Positions 38,898 to 52,624 of a DNA stretch of 64,000 bases are shown piece by piece. The first letter of the stretch is position 1; each line of letters opens with the position of its first letter. The DNA lies in the NCBI GenBank assembly GCA_964016885.1, contig CAXHJY010001157.1:90250-154249 (forward strand), in the 5' to 3' direction. The notes under the pieces are model-generated. The model was not told where the DNA came from and ran no database searches. It worked only from the letters and a program-made list of their open reading frames with translations. The translations under genes and the position numbers were made by a program. This DNA is from Eledone cirrhosa. Lineage: Eukaryota.

Positions 38898-39460
38898 CTT
38901 CAGCCACAAACACTGATACTGTGGTCCACAATGCAGAGGAGAGGAAGACAAGCACATATTGGGGATTGCCCGTTCGCTTCCTCTTTGCACCAGTCGCCAT
39001 CAAGACTTCAGGTGTCTTTGGACTCCGTACTGCTGAGCTCCTCCATCAAAATCGGATCATCGGCAGCCCGTCTGAGGAAGGAACCCTGTGAGGTGGGGTG
39101 GCTGTTGCAGCGGGTGTCACTAGTCATTGTCCATAGAAACGCCTTTGTAGTTTTGTTCAAGGGGCGCAGCCCAAACACCACCTCCGTCCCACACATAGAA
39201 CCCATAACCTTCTCCCACTCCCCTTCTTCCGTGGCCTCATAAGCCTTGCTTTTCCCCTCTTTTTCCTCTCCCTTATGGCATTTATAGCCCTTTCTCCTAC
39301 TTTCCTATACAGTCATATCTGCCCTTCTCTACCCCCCCCCCGTTTGTTACTTGGCTTTTTTTTTATTCCCTTTCTTTTCCTTTTCTTTTATATTTCCATC
39401 AATATCTATGTTATTTATACAACTGTAAATTGATTTATTGTTTCTGAATCAATATAAACA
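38898..39460 (+). mobile_element. Older, diverged CRE-clade 3' fragment
   Basis: TSGVFG-like motif and GWLLQRVSLVIVHRNAF, homologous to the RLE end at 16700-16860. Boundaries approximate. Confidence 0.6.
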
Positions 39461-40097
39461 CTTAAACAATTTTGTAACTTTGAATCTGAGGCAGTTTCAA
39501 AGGGCTTAAGACACTTAAAACTGGTGACATATTTTTTATCCTCAATGGATATCTGGTTATAAGTCCAATTTTACTGTTGTTGCATCTATCTGTAAAAGGC
39601 TTCTAATTCTACTTGCTCCAATTGACAGATCAGAAGTTCTATTCTTAATTCATGGTTGAATGGTTTCTAGTTCATCCAGCTGTGAAAACAATTAATCGAA
39701 CAAATAAACTCATTAAGAAATATGTCCTTGTTGCTGTTGTTGCCAAGCTCTAGGTCAATTTTGATGGAACAAACAGATGATCAAAGGTATTCCAACCATT
39801 GTAATCCTATCTTTTAAAGGGTGCCTAGGACTACATCAACCAATGTGACCTTCCATGTTTAACTCTTCCATACTTCTAATGAAGGACACTAACAACGACT
39901 TTCAAATCATTTTGAAAAGAAACAAGAATTAAAACAGGAGTATAATGTAACAAGGTTTGTATCTGATACAGTTTTGTAGCATCAAACCAGGGACAGTTTG
40001 GTATGAAAGAGGTTTAAGATGTTGATGTGAAAGCTACCAACTTATTGAATTTGTGTAATGGGTGAAACATAAATCATTCCTTTTGTTGTTTTCTTAA

Positions 40098-40548
40098 GGA
40101 AGAGGCTATGTAGCCAGCCCCGGTAAAATAGTCTCCCAGGCTATTTAGCTGGTAAGCGTGTCAGACACCATGAGTAGCAGCCCGAGTTAAGACAATTTGA
40201 AATCTTTTCCACCATCAGTTGTTAAAAAACAAGTTAAAATCATTTAGTTATCATTTTATTCTGCTTGTGTTTCATCCATTTGTAACGTACGTTACGCTTT
40301 AGTTAAATACACACACACATCTACTGAGTTCCACGGCTTAAGAATTTTAGCAGAGTCAAATTAACAGAAAGTCATGACTTGGGTTAAAGACAGTAGTCAC
40401 TGCATGGGTTCTAAAACACTATTATTTAGCAGTAAAATAAACTTCCAGGACCTCGGCTAGAGTTGCGTCCCTTTAGGGTTTACCGTTAAAATAAGCTTAA
40501 AAAGCACATTTGTCTATTTTGCTGGGACCGGCTACGTAGCCTATTCCT
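40098..40548. mobile_element. MITE with ~35-bp TIRs, possibly Kolobok-type
   Basis: ttaa|ggaagaggctatgtagccagccccggtaaaatag versus ctattttgctgggaccggctacgtagcctattcc. Starts with GG after TTAA; the right TTAA is mutated. Confidence 0.7.
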
Positions 40549-42454
40549 TTTTTTTTTATACACTGATACTGATTGTATCCAGTTTAGAATATCCCAGTGT
40601 GTATCTGGTTTAGAATAAGGATACTGTATTCCTGAGTGTATCTAGTTTAGAACAGGTATACTATATCACTGTGTGATAGAATGGGGTTGGGTTTAGAATG
40701 GGATATGCCACAGAGAAGGCAGCCCATCTAGGAGAGTATTAAGTCCAAAGAAATAAATCTATGCAGAGTAGACACAAACCCTGTAAACCTGTCTCAGAGA
40801 GCAGTTACTTAGAATGAATATGACCACATGGGGTAGATGAGGACTCTGGAAGCCATAGAGAAGGCAACCCATCTAGGAGATCAGTTACTCTGAATCAAAA
40901 CTGATACAGGGTAGAGAGGATCCTTAAGTCTTGACAGACAACCTCTTTAGTGCTAGTAGCATGATAAAATGCACCCAGTTCATGCTATAAAGTGGTGATA
41001 GAAGGGAATCCAGACAGAAAACTAACCAAAAACCATGACTTAACACAACATATAGTATTAAAGGTAATTGCGTATACAAAGCTAATACTAATCATGTTAA
41101 TGATGTGTACAGTAGAAGGGTGGTTTGCCAAGACGTGTACAAGAACTTCTTGACCGTCATCAAGCAATTGCACAGTCCTTTTCAGGTACAGAGAGCTAAT
41201 ACCAAAATATGATAACCACCAGTAGGCTCTTCCCCTATTGTAAAGTAATCCAACTTGCATTTAATGATGTCACACTGAAAGATAGATTGAGTGAAATTGC
41301 AGAGATGTTTGAGAAGAGATGAGCAGATGTGTTCTATGTGCAAACATTTTAGAAACAAGCTTTTCTGGATAGGAAATGATAATGGGGATAGGTGGAATAA
41401 TCATTTGACAAGCTGTGAAGTGAAAAGACAAAGAAGTGAGAATAAATGACAGAATTAGCTATAGATGACAAAATGACAACAGTTATCTTTATGTATGCTC
41501 TACGATCAGGACTAACTAGAGAACAGAAAAACCTTTTCAGTAGCAGGTTGGGTTAGGGATTCTCACTCAGAACCTTTTCATAGAGTGTCTGTTTTCTTTT
41601 GTAACTGGCTAACCATAGGTTTGTTATTATCAAACAAGTCTTTGTTTTTTCACACTATAACCAAATACATCTGTTCCTGTGGAATAAACTTGGTTTTTAA
41701 AATTTTCCCAAGTTCCATTCAATTCTAGACTAGCAAGCCATTCAGGTAAGGTTTGACAAATACCAGTCTGTGTCAGTTTACTAACATAAATATGATTCAG
41801 AATCTTGAGCCCACTCATACGGACCATCTTACAGATATGAAATATAAACTTTCCTCCACTCTCCTCCCCCTTCTGTATCAAATCTGCTCTCTGATTTTTA
41901 TAACTTGTTTTCTCTAAAACCCAACATTCCAGTCATATCAAATTCCTCAGCCACTGCCTTTATCTCCATTTCATCCCCAGGGGTTTTCGTGTCCACTTCC
42001 ATCCCATCACACACTCATGCCCCTCCATCAAACCTGCCCTCTGCTGCCTTCACCTCCATTTCATCCCCCAGGGGTTTTCATTTCCACTTCCACCCCACCA
42101 CACACTCATGCCCCTCCATCAAACCTATCCTCACCTATTCAGTCTCCTCATGAGTGCCAATCTCCACCCCACCCTCTACAATATTGACTTCGACCTCGCC
42201 CAAATCTTTTTCTACTCTGTCCCACCTGTGACCCTTCCCTCACATATTCAATCCTTCTCTTCATCCAACACCCCAACCATCTACTTTTTATTTTCCTCAC
42301 CTTTACCAAACTCAGCAAATTAAATTCCCTTCTCCCCACTCACACGTGTAACTTCCCCTCACACCACCAACCCAATCTACACCTCCTATCCTACCACCAC
42401 CCACTCTGCAACCAACAATTCCAACCTCAACACTCTCAACCAACTCACAACTTG

Positions 42455-43705
42455 TCACCCTGCCCTCAACCTCCCTCTCTCAGGACCTGAGCGTTCCCTC
42501 TTCAGTAGGGGTCTGCATTTAATAGCCCACACTACTTACGGTGACAAATTTCACACTCAAGTGGATATTGAACAGTTCCTGCACTGCACCAAACTGCAGG
42601 CCCATTTCCATGGCAAACCACCAGCTTTGAACGGCTGGGACTGCTTTTTATCTCTTAGGCATTTAAACCAGCCAGAATTCTCTCACCCCTTTCTATTCAA
42701 ACTGGTTGTAACCGGCCACTCATAACAACGTTAAGGTATTGTTCTCAAAATCTCATAGATTCAACATTATGTAAGATAAAGTCTTTTCTGTGAAAATACA
42801 ATAGTAAATATAGGGTAATGTGAATGCTAAAGGGTTAAACTTGGGTTAGCACCCGGACAATTCAGCACCCTGGACAAATTTGCTGATGCCTGCCATAGCA
42901 CAACGAACCTGTTTAACTTCCGTAAACGCTCCCAATGAAGCAATATCTTTCGAGCCGAACTCGCCGCACTCTACTCCCTCCAAAGTTGTGATGACATTAT
43001 CATCAAACCAGCAGACAAGAGGACACCATGTCTGTGTGGAACACTGACCTCTACAAGATGGAGACACTACAACAGCTTCATAACCCCTTCTTCTACTGTC
43101 TCCTGCACTCTGATTTCACTTCTCAATACCAGCAACAAATATCTTTCTCCATACAGCAACTCTTCACCTCTTCCCCCCTACTCCCACCCACCTCAACGTC
43201 TGTATGCTATGCATCTCCACTATCTACTTCCTCCCCAAAATCCACAAACTGGATACCCCTGGCCACCTCATCGTCTCCGTTTGCAATTGCCCCCCTGAAT
43301 TGATCTCTGCCTATCTTGATTCCATCCTCACACTCCTAGTAGCTGCCCTCCCCTTCACATATTAGACACAAACCATGCCCTCCACCACTTTGACGCCCAT
43401 CTTTCCACCAAGTTCAGCCTCCTCCTTTTCACCCCCGACATCAAATCCCTCTACACGGTCATCCCTCATGCCAAAGGCTCACGGGACCCTCCAACTCTTC
43501 CTTGACATATGCCCTTAACTGCTTTGCCAAGCTAGTCCTTACCATCAACTGCTTTGCCAAGCTAGTCCTTACCATCAACTGCCTTGCCAAGCTAGTCCTT
43601 ACCATCAACTGCCTTGCCAAGCTAGTCCTTACCATCAACTGCCTTGCCAAGCTAGTCCTCACCCTTAACTGCTTTTCCTTCTCAGGCAAGTTCTACCAAC
43701 AGTTA
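42455..43705 (+). pseudogene. Decayed Penelope-like reverse transcriptase (family distinct from the Naiad-type copies)
   Basis: Fragmented motifs IIKPADK, YFLPKIHK, ISAYLDSIL, DIKSLYTVIPH and NCFSFSGKFYQQ. Interrupted by a piggyBac MITE and a 30-bp tandem expansion. Confidence 0.8.
43514..43675. repeat. 30-bp tandem repeat (~5 copies) inside the Penelope RT
   Basis: gccaagctagtccttaccatcaactgc(t/c)tt repeated in frame (NC[F/L]AKLVLTI). Confidence 0.92.
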
Positions 43706-43963
43706 CCTGTTGGTAGAACTTGCCTGATATCAGAGGACAGCAAAATTAGCTAATTGCAAGTTGGTAAGGCTATTTAACCCATAGTTAAGTGGATGGCCAT
43801 TGACTCTGGAGTTCATCCACCCTTTGAAAGGCTTTGTTTTTGTGCTACTGGGTTTCGACTTACCCTCCTCACTGACTACCCGATCATGAAACAGGTTGCA
43901 CTGGGCTACATGGTATCAATAGCAGGCAGAGACAAGGCCTGACATATACATATAGATACATAT

Positions 43964-43997
<34 letters not shown>

Positions 43998-44855
43998 GTA
44001 TACATATACACACATATATATAATTTATATATACATTGGCAAATCATAAACGAACTGAGAAACTAGGCATAAGAGGAATCAGATGCAGTGTTCAGGAGAG
44101 GAGATTACATTGATATGGACATGTGGTGTGTATGAAAGAGGACAGCTGTATAAAAAAAGTGCAGAGCATTCAAAGTTGATGGAAGCAATGGATTGGGGAG
44201 GCCCAGGATGACTTGGGATGATGTGATAAAAGCTGACCTTGCTCAATTGCACCTCTCAAAGATGACACATGACCGAGATCTCTGGCATTACACAGTAATA
44301 CAGAAGACCTGCCTTTGGATAGGCTGAAGCTGAAGCAATATGTATCCACATATTATGCATATTTGTACATTTATATAAGTGCAATGATATAAGATGATCT
44401 GAAAGATGATAAAATTCCAATATTTCTATACAGCTGTTTCAGGGTGTAAGAGAACTGGTGCTAAATACCAAATTAATTAATATATGCACTTCTAATCCTA
44501 ACATTAAATTTTAGTAGAGTTGCTTCATTTTAGACCAAACGTGCTGCTATTTCTAGCCCAGGAGGTTAAATATATACTCACAGCTTCGTACTTACAACAA
44601 AACACACACTCTCTCTTAAACTTATATATATATATACACATACACTTGCATATGTGTCTTCTCGGTCGCATGAATTCCATTCTGTGCCTTTTAACTTTTA
44701 ATTTTTAATTTTAATTATTGTACAATTCTCTTGAAATCTATGTCGCAATATTCCACTCTGTAAATACGAAATTGTTGTTGACAACATTAATATCCATGTA
44801 TCTATATGATTGTTCAGTTGAATAGGAGGTTAATTATATGTACAAACATTGCTAA

Positions 44856-44902
44856 TGCTCCGATGATTCCAAACGATAGTTTGGAAGAAACAATTGTCAG
44901 CA
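44856..44902 (+). ncRNA. Type I hammerhead ribozyme with a single core substitution (U4C), probable Penelope 3' end
   Basis: UGCU-CCGAUGA-UUCCAAAC-GAUA-GUUUGGAA-GAAAC-AAUU-GUC-AGCA. Stem I has 4 bp, stem II has 8 bp, stem III is palindromic. Followed ~40 nt later by (TA)n. Confidence 0.75.
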
Positions 44903-45226
44903 ATAAAATGATTTGAACATAGCTTTGATTATTGTGTAACTTATATATATATACACATATATTCTCATAGCTTCGTAAAGACAAAAAACTAACACACACA
45001 CACCTGTACATATACACACCCTACATACAAAACAATTTTTTCCTTTTCAGCTTGATACCTTTGATCACTGCCTTACGAAACAAGACCAACTGATTTTCTC
45101 ATGCATCAACGCCAGATTCAACAGTTTTTCCAAGAGATGCGACTTGAATAGACCCATTTTTTCTCGAAGAAATTTTTTGGTTTCTGCCACTGCCCACTCT
45201 CCTCTATTTTTCTATTTCTCATTCTA

Positions 45227-45263
45227 CTTTCTGATGAAGGTCTAACATCTGAAATGTTAAGAC
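45227..45263 (+). ncRNA. Minimal hammerhead relic
   Basis: CUUU-CUGAUGA-AGGU-CUAAC-AUCU-GAAAUGUUAAG, resembling Penelope minimal hammerheads (GAAACGUUA). Confidence 0.5.
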
Positions 45264-45599
45264 TATTTTCCTACTATATCAAGCATAAAACTAATATATT
45301 TCTTCATTGTAACCATATTAGAAATAACGTTATTTGAAAAATAGACTATAACCTTTTCAAATAACATTATCTCTCATACGAATCCCGCCGAGGTTGACTT
45401 TGCCTTTCATACTTATGGGGTCGATAAAATAAAGTACCAGTAATGCACTGGGTAATTGCTGGCCTTGTGCATAAAGTAGAAACAATTATCTCTCATACGA
45501 TTCTTTAACTGTCATATTCCAACTATACATATCTATGTATATTTCTCTCACAAACCATAACCATAGATATATATTATATTTCTCTCACAAACCCTAACC

Positions 45600-45636
<37 letters not shown>

Positions 45637-45638
<2 letters not shown>

Positions 45639-45752
45639 ATTAGAAAGAGAACAACAATATATCACTACTCCAGACATATGTTAATATTATCTAGGGTCCT
45701 GAAACCTTTGGTAATGGAGTAGTTATATATTGTGTTGTTCACTTTCTAATTA
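45637..45752. repeat. Inverted repeat next to (TA)n
   Basis: taattagaaagagaacaacaatatatcactactcca versus tggagtagttatatattgtgttgttcactttctaatta. Confidence 0.7.
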
Positions 45753-46311
45753 AATAGCTCTGTTCTATACATAGAGCACTCTTTTTCCCCTTTACTTTTT
45801 CTTCGGAATTACCTAAAACTAAAACATATATATACATATATCTCGCTCATTGCTTTTATCTATGTATATTTCTCACACAAATCCTAACCATATATATATA
45901 TATATATATATCTATATCTATATATATATATATATATCTTGCTCATTGCCTTATTTGAACTGTTTATTGGAGCTTAGTTTTTGCACTTTTTACCATGAAA
46001 ACAATAAATGATTTACGTCATATGTTCTTAATATTATTTTGTGTTCACTACAGAAGCATTTTAATAAACTCTGAAGGCACCTTGTATTGAGTTCTAACCA
46101 GGAGTTACTAAACAAAATAACTCTATATGTGGCTCAAGGTAGAAACAATTGTTAGTGTAAAGATGCTTTAACTCATTGGTGTTATTTAAACTATTAATGT
46201 TTAACAGCTCTGTGTGACCCTCACTGCATTAAGCTATAAAACACCCTGTAAAGTAGTATAATTACTCCCATTAATATTATAATATCAGTACTATTATATA
46301 TTTAACATATA

Positions 46312-47860
46312 TGTTGATGAATGGCTTGTGAGAGCTATACAAGCCATGTATAAAGAAACAGTCAGCAAGGTTAGAATTAACAACGAATATAGTGAAGAGT
46401 TTAGTGTAAAAGTTGGTGTTCATCAGGGCTCTGTTCTTAGCCCCCTACTATTTATTATTGCCCTCCAGGCTATAACAGTGGAGTTCAAGACCGGCTGCCC
46501 ATGGAACTCCTATACGCAGATGATCTAACGCTCATAGCTGAAACAATGGCCGAGCTAGAGAAGAAATTCCAAACATGGAAGCACGGCCTAGAATCAAAAG
46601 GCCTTAAAATTAACCTGGCTAAGACTAAAGTTCTAGTTTGTAAGAAAGAAAATAAGGCGGCGGTCCCCTCCGGGAAGTGGCCATGCTCAGAGTGTAGGAA
46701 AGGCGTAGGTAGAAACTCCATTTTGTGTCCCAAATGCAAAGTTTGGGTGCATAAAAGATGTAGTGGGATCACAGGTAAGCTAACTAAGAACATAGATTTT
46801 ACATGTGGCCGGTGTTCTGGGGCAATAAGTAGCAGCAAGTGCCCAAAAAATACTAGCTCTTTCAACTGCGCAGAGCGTTCTATAGAAATAGTGGACAGCT
46901 TCCGTTACCTGGGTGACAAAATCAGCAGTGGGGGAGGGTGCTCTGAAAGTACAGTAGCTAGAGTCAGAACTGGGTGGAAAAAGTTCAGAGAGCTCATACC
47001 ACTATTAGCCGCTAAAGGGTTCTCCCTAAAAATGAAAGGCAGGTTGTACGATGCCTGCATACGAACAGCAATGTTGCACGGCAGTGAGACCTGGGCATTG
47101 TGTGCAGAGGATATACGCAGACTAGAGAGAAACGAAGCTTGCATGCTCCGCTGGATGTGCAATAGTAATATACGTGAACGGCAAAGCATAAACGAACTAA
47201 GGAAAAAATTAGAAATAAGAGGGATCAGATGTTGTTTACTCGAGAGAAGGCTACGTTGGTATGGTCACGTGATGCGCATGAAGGACGATAGCTGTATAAC
47301 AAAGTGTAGGGCAATAAAGATAGACGGTAGCCACGGAATAGGCAGACCCAGAAAAACCTGGGACGAGCTGATAAATTCCGACCTCACACACTTACACCTC
47401 ACCAAGACAATGTCACTGGACCGAGACCTTTGGCGGTACTCAGTAATGGAGAAGACCCGCCTTACCTAAATACAAAGTAAAACCTACTACAGTCAGTAGG
47501 CATCTCTAACAAAATACACCCCCGTCCCACCACCCCCACATCATCCACACCGCCCCTTTCAATGTAAAGTTATGTTGGTGCCACAACATCCAGGCCGAAC
47601 AAATGAGATCGTGTAGGTGTCACGTCAAAAAACACACAGTTCACGCTGTAATGTGGCCGTGTAGGCAACACGGTAAAAACCTCCCAGCCCCACACTGTAA
47701 ATGTGGTTGGTGTTAGGAAGGGCATCCAGCTGTAGAAAACCCGCCAGATAGTCCTATGCGAGCAAGATAATCCACTCTTGCCTCAAGTGGGAAAACCCTC
47801 CGTCCAAACCCATGCAAGCATGGAACACGGACGTTAAACGATGATGATGATGATGATGAT
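46312..47860 (+). mobile_element. RTE-clade LINE, 5'-truncated, RT with inserted PHD-like Cys/His finger, (GAT)n tail
   Basis: GVHQGSVLSPLLF, then a frameshift near 46500, then ELLYADDL, FRYLG, MLHGSETW, RLRWYGHV, GRPRKTW. 3'UTR ends in gatgatgat at ~47840-47860. Confidence 0.93.
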
Positions 47861-47959
47861 ATACACACATATATATATATATATATACATATACACATAT
47901 ATATATATACACACACATATATATACATACACACACACATATATATCCATACATACAAT

Positions 47960-48299
47960 GGAGGCACATGCTTAGTGGTTAGAGCATTGGCCTTGCAATC
48001 AAAAGGTTGTGAGTTCAATTCTCAGACCGGGTGATGTGTTGTTTCCTTGAGCAAGACACTTTATTTCACATTGCTCCAGTTTACTCAGCTGTAGAAATGA
48101 GATGATAGGGACTGGGGTCCCTATCATTCCACTGCAAAGTGGTCGTGGAGGTGCCACGGAAAAAAAAAACACCCAGCACTCACTGTAAATGAGGTTGGTG
48201 TTAAGAAGGGCATCCAGCTGTAGAAATCAAGCCAGAATCAGTTCCCGTCCCACCCTTGCAAGCAGGGAAAAGCGGACGTAAAATGATGATGATGATGAT

Positions 48300-48300
<1 letters not shown>
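47960..48300 (+). mobile_element. tRNA-derived SINE with RTE-shared 3' tail
   Basis: tRNA-like head (cttagtggtt...gagttcaattc), tccttgagcaagacact core, and tail ggttggtgttaagaagggcatccagctgtagaa...gacgtaaaatgatgatg matching the RTE 3'UTR at 47705-47860. Confidence 0.85.
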
Positions 48301-48330
<30 letters not shown>

Positions 48331-48514
48331 ATATGTATATGTATATACATACATACATACATACACATACATTTATATATATATATACATACATACACAT
48401 ACATTTATATATATACATACATACATTTATATATATATATATACATACACATATATATATATATATATATACATACACACATACATTTATATATATATAT
48501 ACATACACACATAC

Positions 48515-48550
<36 letters not shown>

Positions 48551-48551
<1 letters not shown>

Positions 48552-50849
48552 GCGGCGATGAATTAGTTTTGCGAGGTTTTTTATATGAAATTGTGTGTCG
48601 AAACAAATATTGTTATACTTGGGGAGGGTCATATTTGTGTAATATTGTCAGAATTAATAACAGAACACACTCACTGTTTGGTTGGTTTTCGCTTCTCGCT
48701 TCTGTGTCTTTTATATCGGTAATCTAACTTACTCGGTCCTCAATGTTGCCATTGACTGACCGACGGTCAAAAATAATACAGATACAATATAGACACAAAC
48801 ACATATATATAGTTTATCATAAATCTTTCGTTGCACATCTGCAACATCGTCAGTGGTGCTATCTTTTCCTCCTGTTGTATTGTATGTCTACGCCATTTTT
48901 ATTCAGTCTGTCTATATATTTATTTATTTATTTGCTTGTTTGTTTATTTTATTTTGTCTTCTTTGCGCATGCGTTTGCGTGTGAGTATAGTGTTTTGTTT
49001 GCTGTGTGATGGGTGACTAGTGTGTGTTTGTGTGCTTGTGTATGTATTTATTTATTTACTTATTTATTTATTTATTTTATTTTATTTACTTATTTATACT
49101 TCTCTTAGGTCAGTGTTGTTTGTTTGGGTGTTGTTGTTATTCCATTCATTCTTTCTGTTTAGTCTTGGTCTTCTAATTTCTATTTCACTGGCCTCTCTGA
49201 TTTGCCTATCTGCTGGGTCATTTCTATGTTTAGATATTATTCTAATTTCTATGTTGTCTATGTTACCGTCATGTTGTTGTCTAGCATGTTCGTATAGTAC
49301 TGACCCGTTTTTTCGTCCTTTTAGTTCCCCCCAGTGTTGGTCTATCCTTTCACCTATGCTACGAGCTGTCTCACCTATGTATGTTGTTGTCATGTTTCTG
49401 CAAGTACCCTCTGTACATCTTATGCTATAGACTACGTTTCTAGTTTTACAGTTTATCCGGGGGTTTACCTTACATATGATACATTTCCTATTGGTGCAGT
49501 GGGTTTTCTTAAAAGGGTAGGTTTTGCTGATCAGGGATTTTATGGTGGTTCCTGGCTTTTCTACCACCTTAATTTTTAAGTGGGTCTTTCTCAGGGCCTT
49601 TCTACACTGGTTAGCTAATTTCCCTCCAGGGGTAGCGTCCACAAACATGACATTCTGGTATCTCTGGTTGTCGTACTATGAGGTGGCTTTCCCTATCTTA
49701 TGTCTAGCCCTATCTAAGCTATTCCATGATTTGCTCCTGTATAATGGGCAAATTCCTTTCATGTCCAGTTCTATGAGGGTCTTATACTTCTCCATCTAAC
49801 TCTGTCTCTTTGGTTGTAGCCAGAGGACCGCATGCGGTTGATGAAGTGTTGGATGTGTCTTTCCATTTTTGTTGGGTCGCACATGCGGGACACATTCTTC
49901 ATCACTCGTACCAAATCTGGGATCAGAATATTAAACTTAGCACTACTGGACATTGCTGAGTTTTTGAGTATCAGGTATTTGGAGGCCATAGGTTTAGCAT
50001 AGTGTGAGTGGAGAATTTGGGCTCTCTCGTCTATAGTGTTAATCTAGAGTTCTGTGTCTAATACAGGTAGTCTATTGTTAGGGTGTTTGGAAGGGAAGTC
50101 GATAGTTACAGTTATACTCTGGTGTATGGAATTAGCTATCTGCTGGATGCTTTCCATCGTACTACGTTCTAAATCAAACTTGTTAGTGCTCTCTACTGGG
50201 GGTGTTCTTATAACTATATTGATATCGTCTACATAACGAGAGTACATGATGAGGTCTATGGAGCTATCATTAAGGAGATCTTTAAGTCTCCTTTCCCACC
50301 ATACCATGAAAAGGTTGGCAACATCACCAGCTATGCTGACGCCGAAGGCTGCTCCCTCATTTTGGGTGTAGATCTTCTCGTTGAACTTAAATATGTGGCC
50401 CTTTAGGGTAGTTTTGATACTAGCCCCTATTGCATGTGCGATACCTGATCATTGTTTTGGGGGGTCCGTATAGCTTTGGTCCACCCAATCCACCTTCCCA
50501 TGGGAGTCTTTTTGCCATTGAGGTTATGGTGGGGGGTCTACCTCTTATAGGTCTACTAGGGCAGAAACGTCTAAGGTCATGTCTAGGTAGTCAGTGTCAT
50601 AGGTAAGTCTAAGTAGGAGGCCCAGTTCGTCTGTGTCGACGTTGCAGAACGCCACCTCACTCTCAATGATCATCTCCACACATCTTTTCACAGCAAAATA
50701 ATTGTTAATGGATGGGTACAGTGACACCACATCCATGCTGCCTATTATGCAGTTGGATAGGTTCTTGTTTTTGTTGCACTCACTGATTCTGCTGAGGAGG
50801 TCCTCTGTACTGTCACATACATCTGGGGACATCTTGATTATGGGGCGTT
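48551..50849 (-). mobile_element. Penelope-like retroelement (Naiad-type), longer copy 2 with RT and GIY-YIG, pseudogenised
   Basis: RT motifs [22 protein letters not shown] and LPVLD, and endonuclease NVVYSIRC...YIGETARSIGERIDQH. Has stops and deletions. Both ends abut (TA)n-type microsatellite. Confidence 0.92.
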
Positions 50850-52060
50850 TATATATATATACATACATACACAAATACATTTATATATACATACATACTC
50901 ACATACATTTATATATATATATATACATACATACTCATACATTTATATATATATATATATATACATACATTTATATATATATACATACATACACATACAT
51001 TTATATATATAGACATACACATACATTTATATATATATATGCATACATACACATACATTTATATATATATACATACATACACATACATTTATATATATAT
51101 ATACATACATACACATACATTTATATATATATATACATACATACACATACATTTATATATATATATACATACATACACATACATTTATATATATATATAC
51201 ATACATACACATACATTTATATATATATATATACATACATACACATACATTTATATATATATATACATACATACACATACATTTATATATATATATACAT
51301 ACATACACATACATTTATATATATATATACATACATACACATACATTTATATATATATATACATACATACACATACATTTATATATATATATACATACAT
51401 ACACATACATTTATATATATATATACATACACACATACATTTATATATATATATACATACACACATACATTTATATATATATATACATACACAAATACAT
51501 TTATATATATATATATATATACATACACAAATACATTTATATATATATATATACATACACAAATACATTTGTATATATATATATATATATATATACATAC
51601 ATACACATACATTTATATATGTATACATACATTTATATATACATACATACACATACATTTATATATATATAAATACATACATACATATACATATATATAC
51701 ATACATACATATACACATACATTTATATACATACATATACACATACATTTATATATATATATACATACATACACATACATTTATATATATATATACATAC
51801 ATATACACATACATTTATATATATATATACATATACACATACATTTATATATATATATACATACATACACATACATTTATATATATATATACATACATAC
51901 ACATACATGTATATATATATATATATATACATACACACATACATTTATATACATCCACAAATACATTTATATATATATATATATATATATACATACATAC
52001 ATTTATATATATATATACATACATACATATACACATACATTTATATACATCCACAAATAC

Positions 52061-52095
<35 letters not shown>

Positions 52096-52328
52096 CATAC
52101 ATTTATATATATATATACATACATACATATACACATACATTTATATATATATATACATACATATACACATACATTTATATATATATATACATACATATAC
52201 ACATACATTTATATATATATATACATACATATACACATACATTTATATATATATATACATATACACATACATTTATATATATATATACATACATACACAT
52301 ACATTTATATATATATATACATACATAC

Positions 52329-52361
<33 letters not shown>

Positions 52362-52430
52362 CATACACACACATGTATATATATATATATATATACATAC
52401 ACACATACATTTATATACATCCACAAATAC

Positions 52431-52467
<37 letters not shown>

Positions 52468-52624
52468 CATACATTTATATATATATATACATACATACAT
52501 ATACACATACATTTATATATATATACATACATACATATACACATACATTTATATATATACATACATACATATACACATACATGCATATATATATACATAC
52601 ATACATACACATACATGCATATAT
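50850..52624. repeat. Compound (TA)n/(TACA)n/CATT microsatellite
   Basis: Directly visible. Confidence 0.95.

Noticed and set aside
47960-48030. tRNA gene
   Set aside because: A and B boxes are present, but the sequence continues into SINE core and LINE tail, and no complete cloverleaf forms. This is a SINE head.
48551-50849. Selenocysteine (UGA) recoding, reported for some Naiad elements
   Set aside because: I saw no in-frame UGA at conserved Cys positions. The visible interruptions are a TAG (50044) and frameshifts or deletions, and I recognised no SECIS.
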